Assembly: GCA_030390025.1 (NCBI GenBank)
Contig: CM059431.1
Location: forward strand, 130,326,001 to 130,390,000
Length of the DNA stretch: 64,000 nucleotides
From: Squalus acanthias
Taxonomy: Eukaryota
Reading direction: 5' to 3'
Shown: piece after piece, positions 1-10,785 of the stretch
Layout of the letters: every line of letters starts with the position of its first letter
Position numbering within the stretch: the stretch's first letter is position 1
The notes under the pieces: model-generated
Database searches by the model: none
Told to the model about the DNA's origin: nothing
The model's input: the letters and a program-made list of their open reading frames with translations, nothing else
Translations under genes and position numbers: made by a program

Positions 1-2790
1 CTCTATTAGGTCACCCCCTCAGCCTTCTCTTTTCAAGAGAAAAGAAACCCAGCCTGTTCATCTTTTCCTGATAGCTATAACCTCACAGTTCAGTCATCAT
101 CCTTGTAAATCTTTTTTGCACCCTCTCCAGTGCCTCTATTTTTTTAAATAATATGACGATCAGATCTGTGCACCGTAGTCCAAGTGTGGTTAACCAAGGT
201 TTGATACAAGTTTAGCATAACTTCTCTACTTTTCAATTCTATCCCTCTAGAAATAAACCCTAGTGCTTGGTTTGCTTTTTTTATGGCCTTGTTAACCTGT
301 GTTGTTACTTTTAGTGTTTTGTGTATTTGTACTCCCAGATCCCTTTGCTCCTCTACCCCATTTAGTTTCTTATTTTCTAAGTAATATGTGACCTCCATAT
401 TTTTCTTACCAAAATGTAATACCTCACATTTATCTATATTGAAATTTATTTGCCAAATATATGGCCATTCTTTAAGTTTATTAATGTATTATTGTAATTT
501 GTTGCAGTCCTCCTCAATATTGACTATACTCCCAATTTGGTGTTGTCTGCAAATTTAGAGATTGTGTTTTTGATTCCAAGTCTAAATCATGAATATAAAT
601 TATGAACAACAGTGGTTCCAGGACTGATCCTTGTGGGACCCCACTTCACACCTTCTGCCACTCTGAATAGCTACCCTTTACCCGTACCCTCTGCTTTCTG
701 TCTTGCAGCCAGCTAGCTATCCATTCTGCTATTTATCCCCTGACTCCACATGCTCTGACCTTATGCATTAGTCTATTATGTGGTACCTTATCGAAGATCT
801 TTTGGAAATCTAGATATATTACATCTACTGCATTACCCTTGTCTACTCTCTCTGTTACCTCCTCAAAGGATTCAATGAGGTTGGTCAAGCAAGACTTTCC
901 CTTTTGAAATCCATGCTAACTATTCATTATTATATTTTTGGTTTCTAGATGATTTTCTATTTTCTCCTTTAGTAAGGATTCCATTATCGTTCTTATCACC
1001 AATGTTAAGCTGACTGGTCTATAGATCTCTGGACATATTCTATCTCCCTTTTTAATTATAGGTATGACATTAGCTATCCGCCAGTCCTCTGACACTACAC
1101 TTTTTTTCTAACGAATTATTAAATATGTGTAATAATGCCTCAGCTATCTCTTCCCTAGATTATTTTAAAATGGACGGATGCAATCCGTCTGGACCAGGAG
1201 TTTTATCCTCTTTGAGTTTGATTAGTTTATTTAATATTTCTCCACTTTATTTTAAATTTATATCATTTCTAATCTCATCTTGCAATGTTTTTTTACTCGT
1301 TTCCCTGTTTGCATTTTTTCTTCCTCCAAATCCCTTCCACTATTTGGTAGTCAGTAGACTATCCCTATTAGTGTGATTGATCCTTTTTATCTTTTATCGC
1401 TATCCACCATGGATTCTATTTCTGTCTTACTGATAGATGCATCACTTTTTTCTACTTCCATTATGTTATCTCTAATAAGTACAGCTACTCCACCTCCCCT
1501 TTTCCCTCTCTATCTTTTCTAAGTATGCTATACTCTGCAATGTTTAATTCACAGTCCTGATTTTTCTGTAGCCATGTCTCAGTAATCACTACTATGTCTG
1601 GTTCCTTGCAATGTATTATTGCCTCCAGTTCCCCTCTTTTATTACGGACACTGTGCATTGCTGTACAGCCAGTCTAACTCATTTTTAATAGCAGTTCCTC
1701 TCAGTTTATCTTTAACCATCTTTTTATGTTCCTGTTCTATAACTATTCCCTGGCCATTTATGTCCTCCCTTAGTTTAGTCCGTCCTATGCTCCCCTTTCC
1801 TGTTTCAGTTATATTTAGGCTTGTTTCATTTCTTGTAGACTCCTCTCCCTGTCTTACTCATTTAAAGCCTTTGCCACCTCCCTATTTACCCTTTCCGCTA
1901 AGACACTGGTCTCATTCCAGTTCAGGTGGAGCCCGTCCCATTGGTACAGCTCCTTACTGTCCCATTACTGGTGCCAGCGCCCCATGAAAATGAACTCCTC
2001 TTCCTCACACCAGCTCTTTAGTCACGTGTGAACTCTCCTGATCTGTCTGTCTCTATGCCAATTTACATGTGGTTCTAGCAATAATCCAGAGATTATTACC
2101 CTCGAGGTCTCTCGTTTGTGGCTGCAGAGGACGCTATCTATCCCCCTAATTATAGAATCCCCTATCACTACAACATTTCTATTCTGCTCTCTCCCTGACA
2201 ACCTTCTGAGCTACGGTGCCTTGGTCTGCATTGTTGCTGTCCTGCGCACAGTCTTTCTCCTTGTCCTCACAAGTAGTGCGTACATCGTACCTGTTGGACA
2301 GGACCAGTGTCTGTGGGGCTTCCTTCTCAACCTCTCCTAAATCCCCACTACCCGGCTTCCTGACGGGCACACCCTCCCCTTCCTGAACCTGTGCTTTCCT
2401 CGAGCATGTGGATATAACTATCCAGAAATTCCTCCCCCTCCCTTATGTGTCAGAGTGTCTCTATCTCGCAGTCCAGCTCAATGACTCTGAGCCGGAGTGA
2501 CTGAAGGCAGAGACATTTCCTGCAGATATGGGAATCTGGGATATTCTCGCTGTCCACAAACTCTCACATACTACAGTCCCGACACATAGCCTGCCATCTC
2601 TAGTCTTTTTTATTTATTTGTTTATTGATAATCTGAATTAAAATTAGATAGACTGCTTTTGTTAAAAAACAAATTACTTACTGTTTACTCACCCTATTTA
2701 CTCACCCTCAGAGCTCCTCCTCCGTACTTCCCTTGATGTCACTACTGACATCACTTTATCAGAATTCAAAGAACTGCGAATCCGCTGGTG
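1..2790 (-). mobile_element. CR1 LINE, decayed and internally deleted (ORF1 Zn-finger and esterase remnants, endonuclease and RT remnants); runs off the window edge
   Basis: ORF 144-398 (EQRDLGVQIHKTLK...KANQALGFISRGIE) matches the C-terminus of the intact ORF2 at 45260-48211. Minus-strand ~2400-2600 resembles the CxxC ORF1 start at 19090, and ~1900-2180 resembles the esterase at 48250-48780. Confidence 0.9.
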
Positions 2791-2798
2791 TTTGTGCT

Positions 2799-3221
2799 AG
2801 CCGGCTCCTCCCTCGGTGACTGGTGATTCCCTCTCACTCCCGCTCCTTTTTAAACACAGCCACCTCCTCCCTCGGTGACTGGCGATTCACTCACTCCCGC
2901 TACTTTTTAAACACAGCCGCCTCCTCCCTCGGTGCTCCGCGCTGACTGGCGATTCTCTCTCACTCCCACTCCCTTTTAAACACAGCCGCCTCCTCCCTCG
3001 GTGCTCCGCGCTGACTGGCGATTCTCTCTCACTCCCGCTCCCTTTTAAACACAGCCGCCTCCTCCCTCGGTGCTCCGCGCTGACTGGCGATTCTCTCTCA
3101 CACCCGCTACTTTTTAAACACAGCCGCCTCCTCCCTCGGTGCTCCGCGCTGACTGGCGATTCTCTCTCACTCCCGCTCCTTTTTAAACACAGCCACCCCC
3201 TCCCTCGGTGCTCCGCGCTGA
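2799..3221. repeat. GC-rich minisatellite, 69-bp unit, about 6.5 copies (first two shorter, ~57 bp)
   Basis: cacagccgcctcctccctcggtgctccgcgctgactggcgattctctctcactcccgctcc(c/t)ttttaaa recurs with starts at 2912, 2981, 3050, 3119 and 3188. Confidence 0.95.
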
Positions 3222-3339
3222 TTATAATGGGCGGGGAGTATACCGGACGACCGATGTGATACCGCCCACTTTGTTCTACCGCCCAGGATGAATATCTACC
3301 CCATTGAATTAGAGGGAGGTTAGAAAATTGGGGGAATTT

Positions 3340-3985
3340 GGAGGTTTAGGTTCACAAGACATTTGAAGCAGAACCTTAAGTGGATAACGCCATAAAAAAA
3401 GTTAATAGGGTACCAGGATTTATGGCAAGAGGTATGGAATATAAAAGTCAAGGTTTGGGCTCTACACTATAGGAAGGATATTGAAGTAATATAGAGGGTA
3501 CAGCGCAGATTCATTCGCATGCTGCCTGGTATGAGGAAATACAAATGGGAAGAAAAACGTGAAAAATTGGAGCTGATTTCATTAGAACAAAGGATATTAT
3601 GGGGTAATTTGATAGAGGTGTATAATATTATGGAGGGATAGGACAGAGCAGATTGATACAGATTGTTAACAATAGTTGAGAGTCTAGAATCAGGGAATAT
3701 GGATATAAGATTAAATGGATATAAGACCTAGGACAGAGAGCAGGAGAAACTCTTTTACACGGAGGATTCTGAGGCTATGCAATGCACCACCAGAGTTATT
3801 GATTCAAGCAGCGACCTTGTCAACATTCAAGAATAGATTAGATAGGTGGTTGAAGAAAAGTGGAATAACGCAATATGGAAACAGCGCAGGCACAGGGTAT
3901 TAGGATTACTGCTGATGTATGGGATAAACAGCAACACGGGATGGTCGAGTCGAAGGGCCTGTCCATGTTGTAATTTCTAGGTAAT
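3340..3985 (+). mobile_element. Old CR1 3' fragment
   Basis: ORF 3715-3903 (RRNSFTRRILRLCN...FKNRLDRWL) resembles the CR1 ORF2 C-terminus (RRNYFTQRVV...FKTEIDSFL). Confidence 0.8.
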
Positions 3986-4547
3986 TCCGTGTGCTCAGTT
4001 ATCACAAATTAACTAGGGTTCTGTCACATTTCACTTTACTATTATAATCTCTTCTTTCAAAGTGATTTATAAACTTTGAAGTTCTTTTTTAAAAAATAGT
4101 TTTTTTTAACTTCGTTAAGTAGTTAATATCTGCTTCCATTTCTGGTATATATTTTCTTAATTTTGTGTTCAAATCTTAAGTTGTGCTTCATTTTATTCTT
4201 GGTCAAATTACCCTTTTAGTTTTGTTCAATGCCAGTAGTTGATTTTAAAATCTTCATTACTTGTCATTGAGACTTTCAAGTGATGAACATCCATGAACAG
4301 TGCTTTTACTGTTACTGACAACGATCCTTCTGAATTGTAGCAGAAACAGTCAGGTTCTTAAGCAGAATGCTTCAATTAAAGCTAAGCGATTGGTGAATCA
4401 GCGCTCAAGAGTAATATCGGCAAGGGAACTAAAGCATCAGAATTGGTCTGTTGACAAAGTCATCGATTAACACCCAATCAAGGCTTATTATGGTGATCTG
4501 TACCAGTACCAGCCATTGCCAATGCACTCACTGTTGCAATGACTCAA

Positions 4548-4940
4548 GCAGAGTGCCGGGCTGATCGATCGCTGGCAGGAACTCGCGAAAAAAACTGGAA
4601 CAAGAAAGGTAAGTTTTTTTTTACTTACCTCGGCCACCTCGCCTTTAATCATCACCCCCCGAAGTGGCCGGCCGCCCGATGCACGCCTCCTGCAGCTGTC
4701 GGTGTTTTCAACCGGCGCTGCTGCAGGGGGCGGAAGTCAATTTTGAGTCGGGGCGCTACCAGGGCGATGCGCACGGCGATAACGTCACGGTCTCCGGGTG
4801 AAGGAGATAAGGGCGCAACGCTGTAGCGCCGCCGCAAAACTCCCGCCAAATATGGCGGGAGTCGATGTCAGTGCCGCGCTCGGTCGCAAAGCCATTTGCG
4901 ACCCATTAGGGAGGCGCAAAGGCACCCAATTTTTCCCCCC
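4548..4940. mobile_element. Partial Harbinger-type MITE (one end)
   Basis: Aligns by eye with 50105-50516 (gcagagtgccgggctgat...tacctcggccacctcgcctttaa) and ends in an aatt(t)nccccc terminus. Confidence 0.75.
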
Positions 4941-6753
4941 TTGGCTCTCACTGGAGCCACTTCAATTAGAGAAGATAATCAATCCCATCCACAATCAACT
5001 ACCTTACTCTAGTAAAAGTCTGTGGCTTTTAGAAGGCTTCAAAGGGACTTATATCAGATTTTCACTGTCGTGAGTTCTGCTGAGGCCTTTCAAGGGTAAG
5101 AAAGCAGGAATTTCAGCTCCAATATTCTTTTATCCTACGGCAGTCGATGTGCTATGTTGTTTGAAGGCCCATAAGGAATGCAAGAATGGATGCTGAGGAA
5201 CCAAGGTAATGCACTGTAGTTGTAGCTGAGGTCCTTAAGTTTCACAGTGATGTTAAGTCCTGAGGAAAGACACAATGCAGCACATGCTTCCATCAGGGTC
5301 TTCATTGAGCATACAATTGTCATGCAGAAGCAGTGATTCAGATGCCAGGACCGATCAGGGGTGTGCTACCGTCAAGCCCTGCCAAATTCTCAAAAGATAA
5401 TTATAGTCTGCTGTGTCTGCTCAAGTTTGCCCATTGAAGGATCAGACAGGAGAAGAAAGACAGCAGCAACCAGAGGCAGAAGACAACTTGAATTAGAAAA
5501 CAGAAAATTTGTCTGCACAGGCAACCAGCCATTCAACAAGATATCATCAGCTGGTATCTTAAAGATAGAGAGGATGAAGTTTCACTGGGATTCTCCTGCT
5601 CATCTGTCATAACTTCGGTGGAAGAGCTGCCTAATGCATTTTGCCATTTTTCTGGGGTTTTCACAGCTCTTACATTGACGTTACAGTGGACAATCAGGAG
5701 AACCCCCACAGAAATTCACCCCCAAATCTTTAAGTGTCTTATACTCCAATGCACAATAGGCATAGAGTCATAGAATAGTACAGCACAGAAGGAGGCTGTT
5801 TGGCCCATCGAGTCTGCGCCGGCTCTTTCGAAGAGCAATCCAGTTAGTCCCACTTGCCCGCTCTTTCCCCATATCCCAGCAATTTTTTGTCCTTTGAGTA
5901 TTTATCCAATTCCCTTTTGAAGGCTGCTATTGAATCTGTATCCACCACCCTATTAGGCAGTGCAATCCAAATCCTAACCACTCGTTGCGTAAAAAAGTTT
6001 TTCCTCATGTTGCCTCTGGTTCTTTTGCCAATCACCTGAAATCTGTGCCCTTTGGTTATTGATCCTTCAGCTATTGGAAACAGTTGCTCTTTATTTACTC
6101 TATCTAAACCTTTCATGATTTTAAACTCCTCTATCAAATTTCCTCTTGGTCTTCTCTGCTCGAAGGAGAACAACCCCAGCTTCTCTAGTCTATCCACATA
6201 ACTGTAATCCCTCATCTCTTCTGTACCCTCTCCATAGCCTTCATCTTCTTCCTAAAGTGTGGTGCCCAGAATTGGTGCACAAACACCCCGAGGTCACTCT
6301 ATTCTTGCACCCCCTTTAAAATTGTACCATTTAATTTGTATTGTCTTTCCTCATTCTTCCTACCAAAATGTATTGCCTCATACTTTTCTGCGTTGAATTT
6401 CATCTGCCATGTGTCCGCCCATTCCATCAGCCTGTCTATGTCTTCTTGAAGTCTATTACAATCTTCCTCACTGTTAACTACACTTACAAGTTTCATGTCA
6501 TCTGCAAATTTTGAAAGTGTGCCCTGTACCTCCAAGTCCATGTCATTAATGTATATCAAAAACAACAGTGGTCCTAGTACTGTACCCTGGGAGCTCCACT
6601 GTATACCTTCCTCCAGTTTGAAAAACAGCCATTCACCACAACTCTCTGTTTTCTATGATAGCAAAATACTGCGGATGCTGGAAATCCGAAATAACAACAG
6701 AAAACGCTGGAAAAACTCAGCAGGCCAGGCAGCATCCGTGGAGAGAGAAAGAG

Positions 6754-6790
6754 AGTTAACGTTTCAGGTCGATGACCTTTCATCAGAACT
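6754..6790 (-). ncRNA. Minimal type I hammerhead ribozyme-like motif (mirror copy)
   Basis: Exact reverse complement of 7048-7084. Confidence 0.72.
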
Positions 6791-7047
6791 GGGAAGAGCC
6801 GGAAATCAAATAGATTTAAGGCCAGAGTAAAGCTGGGAAAAGGGGGAGGGGATAAAGGAACAAAGGGGGAGATGAAGAGACAATAAGAGACATTCAGCCT
6901 TAATCTGTCACATTAACACCACCTCCAGCCTTGCATATCTCTTAATGTCTCTTATTGTCTCTTCATCTCCCCCTTTGTTCCTTTATCCCCTCCCCCTTTT
7001 CCCAGCTTTACTCTGGCCTTAAATCTATTTGATTTCCGGCTCTTCCC

Positions 7048-7084
7048 AGTTCTGATGAAAGGTCATCGACCTGAAACGTTAACT
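7048..7084 (+). ncRNA. Minimal type I hammerhead ribozyme-like motif
   Basis: AGTT-CTGATGA-A-AGGTC(ATC)GACCT-GAAAC-GTT-AACT: core boxes, 5-bp stem II, 4-bp stem I and palindromic ACGT stem III. Confidence 0.72.
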
Positions 7085-7272
7085 CTCTTTCTCTCTCCAC
7101 GGATGCTGCCTGGCCTGCTGAGTTTTTCCAGCGTTTTCTGTTGTTATCTCTGTTTTCTATCCCTTAGCCAATTTTGTATCCATGCTGTTACTGCCCCTTT
7201 TATCCCATGGGCTTCAGTTTTGATAACAAGCTTATTATGTGCTACCTTATCAAACGCCTTTTGAAAGTCCAT

Positions 7273-8137
7273 GGGGGAAAAATTCGGTTGCTTTGCGCCA
7301 CCTGTTAGCGCCCGAAGAGGGCGCTAATGGGGCGCAAAGCAACAAGCGCTCGGGCGCGGCGATGTTTGCGCCTCTCGCGAAATTGACCAGACATTTTGCG
7401 GCAGCGCTAAACACTACCACCACGATCTCCTGCGTCCGCAGATCATGACGTCAGTCGAGCATGCAATGCCCCGGTAGCGCCCAGGACCGGATATTGAGTG
7501 GCGCCCCCTGCCTGACCGCCTGCCGCAAGCGTTTTGCAGTCGGGAAGGGACTGGGGGAGCGCTATTTAAAGGCGACCGCTTGCTGCCTTTTTTTGTCGGC
7601 GACATTTTTGCACCACGCATTCTGAGAGAGAAAGACTTCTGGAGAGATTCAACACTGTGTGAAGGAGTTTTGGGTACTGAGCAGCACTTTGCAGGTTCAT
7701 TTTGATTTGACCTTCCTTGCATCGATTTAGAAGAGACTTTGGGGGCTGCACTCTCAGCACTTTCCCTGGGCCTCTCCATTGTTCTTTCCAGCAGATTTGA
7801 TGTACAGGTCTCTCCAGGCCGAGATTCAAGGCTGCAATGAGCAGGGTGTGGATGGAGAGCAAGATCGACTCCTTTAAGAACTGGCCGGCGCCAGTGTGTC
7901 TGTGATCCATTGCTGACTTACATCACATGAGCTTCACCAGTGCTCTGAGGTAGCGCCTCACTCCTTGGCGTTAGCGCCTTAAGAGAGGTGTGTAGCGCCT
8001 GATTTAGCGCTCCAATCACCTCCAAGGGCAATAGAAGCCAAGTTTGCAGTCGGAGGCGATAATTAGCGCCAGGCGCTAAACTTTGCGCCTGGCCGATAAT
8101 TGCGCCCCAAACGGGGCAATACCGAATTTCTCCCCCC
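7273..8137. mobile_element. Non-autonomous Harbinger-type element/MITE
   Basis: Termini gggggaaaaattcggt...accgaatttctcccccc, 3-bp duplication CAT, inserted in CR1; same family as 38066-38959. Confidence 0.88.
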
Positions 8138-8220
8138 CATATATACAACATCAACTTCACTGCCCTCATCCATCCTCTCTGTTACCTCATCAAAAACTCA
8201 ATCAAGTTAGTCAAACACGA

Positions 8221-8362
8221 AATAAAAACAGAAAATGCTGGAAATACTCAGCAGGTCAGGCAGCATCTGTGGAGAGAGAAACAGAGTTAATGTTTCAGCT
8301 TGTTGACCTTTCGTCAGAACAGATTTACAGATTTCCAGCATCCGCAGTATTTTGCTTTTGTA
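8221..8362 (-). mobile_element. Short PLE-type insertion with a degenerate hammerhead
   Basis: Similar to 6691-6790. Flanked by ttagtcaaacacga (8207-8220) and ttagtcacacacga (8363-8376); the last ~35 bp are an inverted copy of the element end. Confidence 0.75.
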
Positions 8363-9645
8363 TTAGTCACACACGATTTGCCCATAACAAATCCATGATG
8401 GCTCTCCTTTATTAGTCCATGCTTATTGTAGTGGCTGTTAATTTTCTCCCAGATTATTGTTTCTAAAAACTTCCCCACCACTGATGTTGCCAGGTTTATC
8501 CTTCTCCCCCTTTTTGAACAAGGGTGTAACATTTGCAATCCTTCAGTCCTCTGGCACCACCCCTGTATCTAAGGAGGATTGGAAGATTGTGGCCAGCACC
8601 TCCGCAATTCCTACCCTTACTTCCTCAGCAACCTAGGATGCATCCCATCTAGACTGGGTGACTTACCCACTTTAAGTACTGCCAGCCTTTCTAGTATCTC
8701 CTCTTTACCTATTTTTATCTCATCCAGTATCCCGACAACCTCCTCGTTTACCGTAGCTTTGGCATAGTCCTCATTCAGTACCTCAGTCATATCTTATGCC
8801 TCCACCAATAGATCTCCATTTTAGTCCCTAATCGGCCCTACCGCTCCTCTGACAACATTTTTATTGTTAATATGCCTATAAAAGACTTGGATTCTCTTTT
8901 ATGTTAGCCGCTAATCTATTTTCATACTGTTTCGTTGCCCCTATTATTTCCTTATTCACTTCTCCTCTGTACTTTTTATATTCAGCCTGATTCTCCCTTG
9001 AAGCTGACATCTGTCATACGCCCCCTTTTTCTGCTTCATCCTAACTCCTTCGTCATCCTGGAAGCTCTGGCTTTGGTTGCCCTCCCTTTCTCCCTTGTAC
9101 AAATGTACCTGGACTTACCCGAACCACCTCCTCTTTAAAAGCCGGCCATTGCTCCATTACGTTTCTGCCTGTCAGTCTATGACTCCAATTTACCCGGGCC
9201 AGAACCCTCCTCAATTGGATGAAATTAGCTCTCCTCCAGTTAAGTATTTTTATTCTAGATTGCTCCTTGTCCTTCTCCGTAACTAATCTAGACCTTATGG
9301 TGCTATGATCACTATTCTCAAGATGCTCCCCCACTATGACAATCTCCACTTGATTCCCCAGGACTAGATACAGCAATGCCTCCTTCCTCGTTAGGCAGGA
9401 AACATACTGATCAAGAAAATTCTCCTGCGCACACTTCAGAAATTCCTCCCCTTCTCTGCCCTTAACACAATCACTGCCCTATTTAATATTGGATTGGTAA
9501 ACTCTCCCATTATCACTACTCTATGGTTCTTGCACCTCTCAGTAATTTCCTTGCAAGTCTGCTCCTCTATCTACTTCCCACTATTTGGTGGCCTATAAAA
9601 TACACCATGCAGCGTAATAGCTCCTTTATTGTTTCTTAACTCCAT

Positions 9646-10785
9646 CCAACAACAACAACTTATATTTATATAGCGCCTTTAACGTAGTAAAACGTCCCAA
9701 GGCGCTTCACAGGAGTATATTAAGACAAAAAATTTGACACCGATCCACATAAGGATAAATTAGGGCAGGTGACCAAAAGCTTGGTCAAAGAGGTAGGTTT
9801 TAAGGAGTGTCTTAAAGGAGGAAAGAGAGGTAGTGAGGCGGAGAGGTTTAGGCAGGGAATTCCAGAGTTTCAGGCCTAGGCAAGAGAAGGCACGGCCACC
9901 AATGGTTGAGCGATTATAATCAGGGATGCTCAAGAGGGCAGAATTAGAGGGGGGGGGTTGTGGGGCTGAAGGAGATTACAGAGATAGGGAGGGGCGAGGC
10001 CATGAAGGGATTTGAAAACAAGGATGAGAATTTTGAAATCGAGGCGCTGCTTAACTGGAAGCCAATGTAGGTCAGCGAGTACAGAGGTGTTGGGTGAACG
10101 GGACTTGGTGCGAGTTAAGACACGAGCAGCCAAGTTTTGGATGAGCTCAAGTTTACGTAGAGTAGAATGTGGGAGGCCAGCCAGGAGTGCATTGGAATAG
10201 TCAAGTCTAGAGGAAGCAAAGGCATGGATGAGGGTTTCAGCAGCGGATGAGCTGAGGCAAGGGCGGAGACGGGTGATGTTACGGAGGTGGAAATATGCGG
10301 TCTTTGTTATGCGGCGGATATGTGGTCGGAAGCTCATTTCAGGGTCAAATATGACACCAAGGTTGCAAAACAATGTGGTTCAGCCTCAGACAGATGTTAG
10401 GGAGAGGAACGGAGTCAGTGGCTAGGGAACGGAGTTTGTGGCGGGGACCGAAAACAATGGCTTCGGTATTCCCAATATTTAATTGGAGAAAATTTTTGCT
10501 CATCCGGAACTGGATGTCGGACAAGCAGTCTGACAATTTAGAGACCTTGGAGGGTTGAGAGAAGTGGTAGTGAGGTAGAGCTGGGTGTCGTCAGCGTACA
10601 TGTGGAAACTGACGCTGTGTTTTCGGATGATGTCACCAAGGGGCAACATGTAGATGAGAAATAGGAGGGGGCCAAGGATAGATCCTTGGGGGACAACAGA
10701 GGTAATGATGCAGGAGCGGGAAGAGAAGCCGTTGCAGGTGATTCTCTGGCTGCGATTAGATAAATAAGAATGGAACCAGGCGAGT
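9646..10785 (-). mobile_element. L2-clade LINE 3' fragment (RT with frameshifts)
   Basis: VPQGSILGPLLFLIYM...HMYADDTQLY and LIHAFASSRLDYSNALLAG...LHWLPVKQRLDFKIL are L2-type motifs; (CAA)n tail at ~9646-9660. Confidence 0.92.

Larger units (their letters stand above)
6657..7147. mobile_element. Penelope-like (PLE) terminal-sequence insertion with 204-bp inverted arms
   Basis: Arms 6691-6894 and 6944-7147 are reverse complements with a 49-bp spacer. The flanks carry the duplicated target ctctgttttctat (6644-6656 and 7148-7160). The PLE assignment rests on the hammerhead motif and inverted terminal structure. Confidence 0.75.
5761..9645 (-). mobile_element. CR1 LINE ORF2 and 3' tail, disrupted, with three nested insertions
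   Basis: ORFs 5844-6215 (RKNFFTQRVVRIW), 6299-6565 (SKFADD) and 9053-9376 (SDH endonuclease motif); short catagag/catagaa tail at 5761. Confidence 0.92.

Noticed and set aside
2799..3221. CRISPR-like array
   Set aside because: The units are full-length tandem repeats with no unique spacers, there are no cas genes, and the context is eukaryotic.
6574..7264. Two ORFs with identical N-termini (MKGHRPETL...) as duplicated genes
   Set aside because: They are a by-product of the 204-bp inverted repeat.
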